Below, in pieces: positions 1 through 10,164 of a stretch of DNA of 42,436 nucleotides. The DNA lies in the NCBI GenBank assembly GCA_048213135.1, contig PS015196.1, positions 41,224-83,659 on the forward strand, in the 5' to 3' direction. The stretch comes from Reclinomonas americana ATCC 50394 (taxonomy: Eukaryota). The translations under genes and the position numbers were made by a program. The notes beneath the pieces are model-generated. The model ran no database searches. It was not told the origin of the DNA and was given only the letters and a program-made list of their open reading frames with translations. Within the stretch, counting starts at the first letter, position 1, and each line of letters opens with the position of its first letter.

Positions 1-2826
1 GCTGCAGTTGTGAGTGTGATGGAAAGCGGTCGATCTGATACTGCGCACCGCAGATCGAGGAGCTGCAGAACGCGTATACCGAGTCGCGACGGCATGCGGC
101 AGCGGAACAGGAGCGATTGCAGTTGCAGGTGCTGGCGCTCAATTGGAGCTCGTAACTGACTGGAGGCCTCAACGTGACTTGTTGTTGTGCAGATTTCACA
201 ACTGCAACACGCAGTGCGGGAGCACCGAGATGCGCTGCTGGCCATGCAATCAATCTATGACGAAACGCGCGTGACACATCGGAAGGAGGTGGGTCATTCG
301 TGGGCTGACTTGCCGGGCAGGCTCGTCGACTCACATTATATTGTGTGTCGTGCCACAGCTGCAGCGACTGGAGCAAGTGATGGATGGGCAGCGACACTCG
401 TTTGAGGCAAAGGTCCGACATACCGCACACACTGTGTGGGGGAAGAAGAGAAGGAGCTGGGGATGGAGGGCAGAGGGTGAACTTGTATGTGCTTGCTGTT
501 CTGCCAGACCGAGTTTGTCTGCATCCTCGTCCATCCGGCCACAAGACTGAGAGAGAGAGAGAGGGAGAGAGAAAGGGGCGGAAGCCGATGATGGAGCTCG
601 TCAGATAGTGGTTTCTTACAACGCGTCACACAGCTCGCATCGATCGAGGCTTGGCTGGAGGCACCAAGGCATCGTGAGAAATCTTCACGGCCCTCCACGG
701 GAACCAGCGCGGATGAAGGCAGTGACTTGCCGCCGCAGCTGAGCTTACCGGCCCCTTCATCGTCGGCTCCGTTGGACGAGGTTCGTTGGAGTCTTTTTGT
801 TGCACCNNNNNNNNNNNNNNNNNNNNNNNNNNNNNNNNNNNNNNNNNNNNNNNNNNNNNNNNNNNNNNNNNNNNNNNNNNNNNNNNNNNNNNNNNNNNNN
901 NNNNNNNNNNNNNNNNNNNNNNNNNNNNNNNNNNNNNNNNNNNNNNNNNNNNNNNNNNNNNNTTCCGCTGGAGTAGGGCCCTGACCACGTACAGTGGAGA
1001 TGTCAACGCTGCGGTCAACCGGTGACGGATGCGACGACAGAGGAGTGTCGCTATCACCCTGTTGCGTTCACAGGCCCTGCTCGTTCACGCGGCGCCATCT
1101 TGCACGCATGCTCACTGCCCTCGCAGGGAGTGAGTGCTTCTCGGTTATCGCTTTCACGCCATCATCGTACTGACACGTGTGCGCACTCTCCTCGATGTGA
1201 TCTCGCTTCTGTTCGGTGCAGCAAGTTGCGTCGGCGGGTAGCATAGTGCTGTCTTGTCTGTGTGATTTACTCAAGTAGTATTATTTCATGCCTGTGCGCA
1301 GCAAGTTGAGTTACTCGTCTCGTGAGCAGCAATATGTTTGTGTAACTTGTTGCTGATATCCGATGCACCCCAACATCGTGCGTGGAGCAGGCGGTGAGTG
1401 CATGCGTGCTGTTCCTCTTTAGATGTGCCTGCTCACCGTTCGGTTCCGCGCGCAGGTGGTGCGTGAACTGTTGCCACTGTGTGGTCTTGTTACTGCGTTT
1501 GTTTTTTGGTTGTTTGTTCACTGTGGCGACCCTGCTCGCTTCTGCATGGATGGCTGCAATCGTAGCGGGTGAGTGAATATGTGTCCGTGTTTGTGTCACG
1601 ATGAGAAAGACTGCGTTGCTCACGTGATGCGCAGCCGGTGAGTTCTTGTGTAGGCGCCATTGAATCTCGTTGTACCACTACTGACGGGCACTCCTTGGTA
1701 TCACGCGATTCCCAACCACAGCCGGTGAGCTGATGAGATAAGAGTGCATTAATGTTCTCTGGCTGCCATTGCTTGCTCACTGACTTTCTCTTTCACATTG
1801 TGGCAGTCGGTGAGTGATTTCGAGCTGCGAAACCCTTGATTCGTTCTCACATTGAATGTTTGGCTGGCGCTCGACTACGATGACATACAGGAGGTACGTG
1901 CCTGTCGTAGTCGTATCCTTGGTCGCAGCGTCACGTGTCAGCTCACCGTTCAATCGTGTGTCTGTCTGTTCCTTTTCTGCCGATTCGGTGCAGATGGTTC
2001 GTTCCCTAATCCTTGCTCACACTGTGTGTCTTTCGCTACTGACCGGCAACGGGCACAGGGGGTCTGTTACTGGGGGATACGATGCGGGCATGCTACTATT
2101 TGTCTGTGCTCTGTCGCATGTGTGTCGTCAAACATTCCTCTTGGGCTCTGCGATAGTGGCACAGGAGTAGTTCCTTTGTCCCCTTGCTTTGTTCGCTGTG
2201 ATGTGTGGGTTCTGCATCGTGTTTCTCTTTGTGCCTCACAGATTGACTTCTCGCATGTTCGGACGGCAGGGAGTTGCGTTGTTGTGGCTTGGTGCGCTGT
2301 TTATCTTGTCTACTCACTCACACGTACATTTATCGTATGCCTGACAGACCGTTGCGTGGTGTAGCGTATTTCCCAGCTGCTCATCCTGTTTACTCACTCA
2401 CACATGGCCACACGGCGGCGTTGGAACACCGACAGGCGGTACGTCTGCTTGTTCTGTCTCTGTTCTCCCGCACCCATTATCTCACTCGACCCGATCCACC
2501 ACTACGTGTTTGCTGTGATGTGAGCAGGAGGTATGTAATATTGCAAGTATGGTGTGCTGGGAGTTTTCGATTCTCATTTCCTTTCCCCTTCGCAGTGGGT
2601 ACGTTTTCGCCGGCAAACAACATCGTTGTTGTAGTACAACTCATGTTGTTGTTCGTGCTCTTCTACTTCCTCGCTGGCATATCACAGACGGTGAGTTCGT
2701 GCAGTGTTCATCGTGCTGCGGCGCACCGGCTTACACTCACTGTGGCACACTGCACAGTGGACGTGTTGCAATCAATCAGTGGGACCGCAGGCTGTCGGAT
2801 GTGTTGTCGGCAAACACGTGCGGTGA
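1..2826 (+). CDS. Coiled-coil protein with C-terminal CHORD-like zinc-binding domain; 5' part outside window; contains 18 one-codon microexons
   Basis: Hand-spliced phase-0 exons 54-128, 193-288, 359-412 (IEELQNAY...LQRLEQVMDGQRHSFEAK, helical/coiled-coil-like), 634-780, 995-1060 (WRCQRCGQPVTDATTEECRYHP), 18 x 3-nt exons from 1127 to 2690, and last exon 2758-2826 (WTCCNQSVGPQAVGCVVGKHVR*). The pattern CxxC..CxYHPG..WxCC..GCx4H resembles CHORD/Btk-type fingers. An N gap at 807-962 could hide further exons. Confidence 0.85.
1127..2690 (+). other. Array of 18 three-nucleotide (single-codon) microexons
   Basis: YAG|NNN|GT at 1127 GGA, 1222 CAA, 1302 CAA, 1391 GCG, 1456 GTG, 1566 CGG, 1635 CCG, 1722 CCG, 1807 TCG, 1891 GAG, 1994 ATG, 2059 GGG, 2270 GGA, 2348 ACC, 2436 GCG, 2528 GAG, 2596 TGG, 2688 ACG. 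Donors are GTGAGT/GTGAGC/GTGCGT/GTACGT/GTATGT/GTTCGT/GTCTGT/GTTGCGT/GTTGAGT. Introns are 62-107 nt (one is 208 nt), often with CTCAC/CTGAC-like branch sites. Confidence 0.9.
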
Positions 2827-2902
2827 GGCCCCAGCGGAATGCATGGAATCACGAAATGTACGACCTGCAGGGAATGTGTGCTACGATGGAAATTACTACA
2901 AA

Positions 2903-3272
2903 TCAAGTTTGATCTTGCGCTAGTCCTATTACGGCCACAGCGGCCGCCACAAAGCCGAGGCCGCCCAGCATCAGCCATCGGGCCCGACTTGGCGCCTGAC
3001 GCCACTCGCCAAACAAAATACTCCACACGTTGGCTGTTAGTATCACCGAGCTCATGTACACCGGCCACGCGACAACCTCGCCCAGTGCCGTGTACTTGGA
3101 GGCGATACCAAAGAGCAAATATCCTGTGCACGCACACAAAGAGAACGTAAGTAATCTGCGGGGCTACGACGAGTGCGAGTGAGCGAGAGAATGCAGGCGA
3201 CTTCTGTCGCTTGGAACAGGTGTCTCGCAAGGTGCATCTCTCATTCTCCCTCTATCCTACCGCACTTTCTCC

Positions 3273-3305
<33 letters not shown>

Positions 3306-5333
3306 CCACTCACCTGAAAACCACAACAGCCCCATGAACAAGCTCAACAACCACATGCGGAGCACGGTGTAGTCGCAGCAGCTGGACGTTTGCTCTTTCG
3401 GTCCCAGCAGCGGTCTCACTGGCGACCAACTGTACGCCAATTTGACGTCCCCTTTCGGTTCACGCGCACACTGGCAGCACCACAGATTCAGCTGCGCACG
3501 TCGACGAAGCAGGTGTGAGCGATTCGCATAGCAACAACTTACAACCGGGGAATTTGGGAGCCCAAACCTTGCGGTCGGGGTACTGTCGCACTTGCAGCCG
3601 GTACATGATAAGCGTGTACACCGTGTTGACAAAGTAGCCGCCGATGCCAAGAGATAGTGCCCACACAACCAGAGCCGACCGATCTTCGCTCAGATTTTCC
3701 TCAGTCTCCGCGTAGTCAATAAGCGGCTGTCCAATCTGCACAGCGCCGATAAGTGTACACACATGAAAAATGCGAGACGATAGCGGCAAAGAGCGTCGGC
3801 AGCGCACCAGCACAGAGACAACAATGGCAATCGAGCATACACCGGCTACGCAGCACCACATGATGCCTTTGATGTAGTCACGCATCGGCCGGCGGGCGAT
3901 TGGCGAGGCCACGCGGGCTGCGACAGGGACCATGACGTGCTGCGCGACACCGTCCCATATGAGACCGTGGACACGAGGCACGACACGATTGAGCACTCAC
4001 CGCCGACCCTTCATCGGTGAAATCCTCTGCCGACGAGGAACCATAGTTGACACTAATGTCGCGTTGGAGCCGCAAGCCACTTGCCGACCGCTGCGTTCCC
4101 TGCGACGACTCAGATCGCTGGGAGGCAGCAGGTGACGGGTCTACGTGATGCCACACGGCACCAGCCGCGTCCTTGTAGTGGCCCGCGAGAGCACACAATA
4201 CGACCCCGAAGAGCACAATGCCAAGAGAGAGTAACGTCAGGATGCCTGCGAATTGGGTGGAAGGGGGGATGAAGGGCACGACAGCAAGATCAGACGCAGC
4301 GGCGCACGAAACGCGATGTTTTCTGTCTCTCTCTCTCTCTCCCTCCCTCAGCGCAACCACCACCCACCTCTCAGCTTCAGCATCTCATCGCGGTGATTCA
4401 TCAGCAACGCGGCGAGCGAGCCGCCCGTTCCGAGAATGCCAAGCACCAACGAGAACGACATACTCATGCCGATCAAGGCGACAGCCCAGCCAAAGACGAC
4501 GCTGCCGAGGCCCCACACCGCTCCAAAGACCTGCACCATGTATGCAAAGAGAGAGAGAGAGAGAGAGAGAAGAGGGAAAGAGACAGAGAGAGGGAAAGAG
4601 ACAGAGAAAGAGACAGAGAGAGATAGAGAGACAGAGAGAGAACGACAGAGAGAGAGAGCGACAGAGAGAGAGAGAGCGTGACAGAGAGAGAGAGAGAGAG
4701 AGAGCGCGACAGAGAGAGAGAGAGCGCGACAGAGAGAGAGAGAGAGACAGAGAGAGAGAGAGATGAGGAAGAGAGAATGAGAGAGAGAGATAAGANNNNN
4801 NNNNNNNNNNNNNNNNNNNNNNNNNNNNNNNNNNNNNNNNNNNNNNNNNNNNNNNNNNNNNNNNNNNNNNNNNNNNNNNNNNNNNNNNNNNNNNNNNNNN
4901 NNNNNNNNNNNNNNNNNNNNNNNNNNNNNNNNNNNNNNNNNNNNNNNNNNNNNNNNNNNNNNNNNNNNNNNNNNNNNNNNNNNNNNNNNNNNNNNNNNNN
5001 NNNNNNNNNNNNNNNNNNNNNNNNNNNNNNNNNNNNNNNNNNNNNNNNNNNNNNNNNNNNNNNNNNNNNNNNNNNNNNNNNNNNNNNNNNNNNNNNNNNN
5101 NNNNNNNNNNNNNNNNNNNNNNNNNNNNNNNNNNNNNNNNNNNNNNNNNNNNNNNNNNNNNNNNNNNNNNNNNNNNNNNNNNNNNNNNNNNNNNNNNNNN
5201 NNNNNNNNNNNNNNNNNNNNNNNNNNNNNNNNNNNNNNNNNNNNNNNNNNNNNNNNNNNNNNNNNNNNNNNNNNNNNNNNNNNNNNNNNNNNNNNNNNNN
5301 NNNNNNNNNCCCTCCCTCCCTCCCTCCCTCCTC

Positions 5334-5395
<62 letters not shown>

Positions 5396-5586
5396 TCTCT
5401 CCTCCCTCCCTCCCTCCTCTCTCTCTCTCTCTCCTCCTCTCTCTCTCTCTCTTGCATTCACGCAACAGCGCCCTCATGCGTCCCTAGTCTTTGCTGGGCC
5501 ATGAACTTGAGCGGCACAGTGAAGCTGCCATTCAGAAGACCAGCCACGACGGATAGGCCAACGCAGGCGGCTGCCGAGTTCGCCAT
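2903..5586 (-). CDS. L-rhamnose-H+ symporter (RhaT)-like DMT superfamily transporter, multi-exon
   Basis: Exon peptides MANSAAACVGLSVVAGLLNGSFTVPLKF, VFGAVWGLGSVVFGWAVALIGMSMSFSLVLG, LGIVLFGVVLCALAG, YIKGIMWCCVAGVCS, AWPVYMSSVILTANVWSILFGEWRQAP match the RhaT motif order as I recall it. At least one exon probably lies in the gap 4796-5309. Confidence 0.8.
4548..5452. repeat. (GA)n/(CT)n microsatellite tracts flanking an assembly gap; similar (GA)n, (CT)n, (GT)n tracts in many introns
   Basis: Simple repeats here and at about 3275, 9147, 10110, 14174, 19380-19770, 35890, 40435, 40795 and 42310. Confidence 0.95.
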
Positions 5587-6365
5587 CCTGCCGTCAAAAA
5601 ATGGGGGGTGGGACATCGGCGTGTCCCATTCGTGAACGAACGCAGCCATGGTTCCAGAGGCGGGGGGTTGCTGCAAAGTACAAAGCCACAGATACTGTTG
5701 CAGTGTGCATGCATTTTTCCGCACCACTCTTCCTTCCCCCGAAGCACTGGTCGCTGCGAGTCGACGTCGATATATATCGCAAAGGGACATGCAACATCGG
5801 CAGCTGTCTTGAACAACGCCAACTACATTCAAAACACAAACGCCAGCTGGCCAGTCTTGATGGCAGCAGCAGGAACTCGGCCAGGCCGATCGCGAGAATT
5901 CGAACAACTCAAGATATCAATATCGCAAAAATGGATTTGATATGACTCACTTGACTTGTGCTGTCCAAAGAACAACTGCGATGGCAGAGCATCACCACCG
6001 ATTTCCTGGTTTAGGGGGCAAGCCGTGCAAAAATGAGAGAGTTGAAATGATTGACGGAATAAATTCTGCGCAAGTTGCACGCCAGGATGAACGTGTTCGC
6101 GGCCGGTGTGGAAGTCTTCCCGCGCCCTTCCCCCCAGCGCAGCGCCTTGCAGCCCCACTCTTCTCCTTGTCTGCACCAATGCTACAACTGCGAGCTTTGC
6201 AGACAAGACGGAAGAATCTCGGCAACGAGACAACTCGAGATCCGCAGTTCGACGATTCTCCATTCTGCTCGCTCCCTCATTCAGTGTTGCAGCAGGCGAG
6301 TGTGAGCAAAACCCACTCTGCTGTGTCATCGACGCCCTCCTCTCCAGCGTGTTCACGTGTAGCGA

Positions 6366-8083
6366 ATGTTGGTGAGCGCAGTGCACGCTGCGCATTTGTG
6401 GAGGAGAGGTGGTGTGCTTTTCGTCTTCGTCGGCTAAAACTCGTGCACCGCAGAATCGTTTCCGCGCCCTGGCCACGGGCCGACTGCAGTGGTCGCGTGT
6501 GCCCCAGCTGACGCATCAGGTGAGCGCACACACACACACTGTTAACATCTGCCTCGGCATGGATCCGAACTTACGAGTGCACACTGCATTGCAGATGCCC
6601 GGCGGGTGGGTGCCCGTGTCATCCAGTATTCGCACGTTTGCCGGTCGTACCACCACCGNNNNNNNNNNNNNNNNNNNNNNNNNNNNNNNNNNNNNNNNNN
6701 NNNNNNNNNNNNNNNNNNNNNNNNNNNNNNNNNNNNNNNNNNNNNNNNNNNNNNNNNNNNNNNNNNNNNNNNNNNNNNNNNNNNNNNNNNNNNNNNNNNN
6801 NNNNNNNNNNNNNNNNNNNNNNNNNNNNNNNNNNNNNNNNNNNNNNNNNNNNNNNNNNNCGTACCACCACCTCCGCCACCACCACCACCACCGACACCGA
6901 CGACAAGACCACAGGCGGCAAAGTGAAGGAGGTGGCCTCCAATGTGTACGACAAGGTCAAGGAGTGGGCCTCAGGCACCGCCGAGAAGGCCAAGCAGGGA
7001 GCGGAAGACACGTGGCAGACGACCAAGGCCGGTGCCAAGGATGTGGCCGACGAGATGCGTACCGGTGCCCGGGAGGTGTACAGCAGCACCACCGGTCCGT
7101 CGCAGGCGTACCGTGACGCCAACCTGCAGGCGGACAAGACGTACAGTGATCTGGCCGACCAACTGCGCCAGTCACAGGAGGCAGCTGGCCGCACGCCGGC
7201 GACAGGCACCGAGACCACGGCCCGTACGCACCCGTACACGTATGCCGACGACACGGCGGTGAGCTCGAGCAGCAGTGCCGAGACTGCTGGCGAACGACTG
7301 CGTGCCGCCGGCTCCAATATCTTGGAGGCCGCAGATGAAACCACTACGCAGTACGCCATGCGCGATCCCTCCTCGTCCGCCGCGCGCAGCTACGCCACAC
7401 GGCGTGCGGTCGACGACGTGGAGGACTTTGGCGACAAGGCGCGCGAAGCCGCCGAGTCGGCCTATTTCCGCGTAAAGGACACGGCCAATCGCGCCACCGA
7501 CAAGGCCAAGGACGTGGCGGGCACGGTGGCAGACAAGACGGTCGACGCCGCCGAGACCGCGTACGACAAAGCCAAGGATGTGGCGGGCGCAGTGGCCGAC
7601 AAGGCCGAGACCGCGTACGACAAGGCCAAGGACGTGGCGGGCACGGTGGCTCACAAGACGGCCGACGCCGCCGAGTCTGTGTACGACACGGCCAAGGACG
7701 TGGCTGGCGCTGTGGTGGACACGGCGAAGCAGGCCTTTGGCGCCGCCAAGGTGGTGGCGCACAAGGTGGAAAATGTGGCCGAGGCGGTGGTCGACAAGGC
7801 CGTCATGGCCGGCACCGTGGTGAAGGACACGGTGATTGGAGCGACGGAGGCGGCCAAGGAAAGCGTGCGCAATGTCAGCTCCACCGGTCAGCGCAGCAAG
7901 GCGGCACAGGAGTCGCAGGACAAGGTCGCAGCGTGGCGAGACGCCGTCAAGCGCGGCAGTCAGAAGATGGAACTGGAGGGCGGGCCCGTTGACATTCCCG
8001 TGCAGTACGAGGCAGCGGAGCAGCAGCAGCAGCAGCAGCAGCGGCTGAAGGAGCAGAAGGGGGAGGCAAAGGCGAGGAAGTGA
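6366..8083 (+). CDS. LEA group 3-like hydrophilin with probable mitochondrial presequence
   Basis: Exons 6366-6371 (ML), 6454-6519 and 6595-8083. The N-terminus MLNRFRALATGRLQWSRVPQLTHQMPGGWVPVSSSIRTFAG is Arg-rich with no acidic residues. The body has 11/22-aa repeats (AYDKAKDVAGTVADKTVDAAET), is A/K/D/T/E-rich, and has poly-Q near the end. Confidence 0.8.
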
Positions 8084-8503
8084 TGAAGGGGCAAGGGAAA
8101 GAAGGAGAGCTGAGCAACAATAGAGTTTGCTGATCATGAAATAAACGAGTGCGTCACATGCGCCTGGTCGGTACTCTATTGTGGTGATTGTGTTGTTGCT
8201 GTTGCGGCAAGGGATTTGTGGGCGTTTGTCACATTATTGGAATGTGGTGAATGAAGTGTTTTTCTTTTTCCCGATATCGACTTACATGTATACAGGTTGT
8301 ATTTATGATATATATGTATTGGATTTACAGGTGTACTGCTTCGAGGAATACGCAGTGTGCAGCTTGTGCTACCGCTGCTGCTGCTGCCGCTGAGGATGTT
8401 GGTGTCGGTTAAAAGCGAGTTTGCCTCCTCGAAAAACCATTTGTCATGTCCCAACACAATTCCCGCGCATTTCGAGTTTCATCGCATTGTGTGCACAAAT
8501 TCA

Positions 8504-9142
8504 ATGCGTGGTCAATCCCTCTCTCGTCTCTTCCTCACACTTGTGTGTGTTGCCTGTGTCGTCCATGTGGCATGCGGTGAGTGACTCGCGCACGCGAAGA
8601 GCAACATACAATGCATGTGCAATCTATGCAGTATGTCAGAAATGACTCCAATACACACACACACACGCTCCGCTGCACCACTCTTGTTGCTGCGGCAGTG
8701 CTGCCACACTTCCACACTCACATCTTCTTGCGTGTGATGTGTGTATGGGGGGTTGGCGTGTGTACCGTAACGGTTGTCCATGTCCATGTTTCACACACTT
8801 TTCGCGCGCATTCTGTGCACGCGCCTCCGCGCTTCCCTGCATCCCTTCCTCTTCCTCCTTTGCGCGTGCTGTCTCTTCCCGTGTTTGATGATGCCCAGCG
8901 TGCCTGTCCGAGAGCGCAGCGAAGCAGTGAGACAATACGAGCGGAAAGCGCGCGCAAAAGAGCGCAAGAGAGAGAGAGAGAGAAAGAGAGAGAGTGAGAG
9001 TGCGCGAAGGGTGTCATGCGTGCGCGAGCACCAGTGCTTTCTCGCTGTTTCTTGCGCGTGCATTTTCACAAGACAACTTTCCGTCGCTGCTGCGCTGCGA
9101 GCCATGCGCATTGTGGGATGTGAGACAGTAGAGGGTGCAAGG

Positions 9143-9185
<43 letters not shown>

Positions 9186-10110
9186 GGAGGGGGGGGGCTG
9201 CATGAGCGACGATGGTGTGAGAGTATAGTTTATCTCTTTCTCTCTCTTNNNNNNNNNNNNNNNNNNNNNNNNNNNNNNNNNNNNNNNNNNNNNNNNNNNN
9301 NNNNNNNNNNNNNNNNNNNNNNNNNNNNNNNNNNNNNNNNNNNNNNNNNNNNNNNNNNNNNNNTCCCTCCCTCCTCCTCCCCCTCCCCTCCCTCCTCTCT
9401 CTCTCTCTCTCTCTCTCACGCCCAGCATTTCTACCTGACTTCTTGCTGTGGCGAGCGTCTTCTGATCTTCTGATGACCTGCCTCTCTTGTGCCCTCATTC
9501 CATCCCTCCTTCCCTCTCCACAGCTTCGTCGGCAACCACAAACGCTGCCACTTCCATCTCGACTCAAGCGGCGACGCTCAACGCGTCCATTGACAACTCG
9601 TCGGCGTCGGCGAGTAGCAACTACTTTGAGCTTGCGGTCGACAGCGCGGACTTCTCGACGGCCTCTGTGGTTCACATCTATGCTGGCAGCTATAATACAA
9701 ACGGCTTCAAGAACGACGACCGCCTGCATGCGATGTTTGCTAATCCGTGGGTGAGTTCCACATCGCAGTGCGCTTGCCCGTTGTTGTTGTTCATAAAATT
9801 CACACATATGAGGATCGTAAAATAGGGTATGACGTCGGATGCACGCGGCAATCTGTATGTCACGGACTACGCGTTTCGTTCAACTGTGATACGGCGGTGG
9901 CCTGGTCTTCCCTGTGATTGACACTGGCGTGTCCGTGCACGCAGCAATCAATGCATCCGATTCGTCGACATTCACTCGGGAGATGTGTCGACGTACACTG
10001 GCGGTTGTGGCCAGACGCACGACTACGTGAATGGCGGTCCGTCTGTTGCGCGTTTCCACAAGTTGCGTTGATTAGCTGTTGTGTTTGTGTTTGTGTTGTT
10101 GTTGTTGTTG

Positions 10111-10164
<54 letters not shown>

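Noticed and set aside
1061-2757. CRISPR-like or tandem-repeat reading of the regularly spaced motifs
   Set aside because: The recurring element is only splice acceptor + 3 nt + donor. There is no 20-40 nt direct repeat, no cas gene, and the context is eukaryotic.
1061-2757. Recursive-splicing ratchet points (zero-length exons)
   Set aside because: Ratchet sites are AG|GT with no spacer. Here exactly three bases intervene each time and they complete the YHPG motif. Only 1456 (CAG|GTG|GTGCGT) is ambiguous.
1852-2923. ORF-track proteins of 100-212 aa over the microexon region
   Set aside because: Cys/Val/Leu-rich translations of GT-rich intron sequence, with no motif or codon bias.
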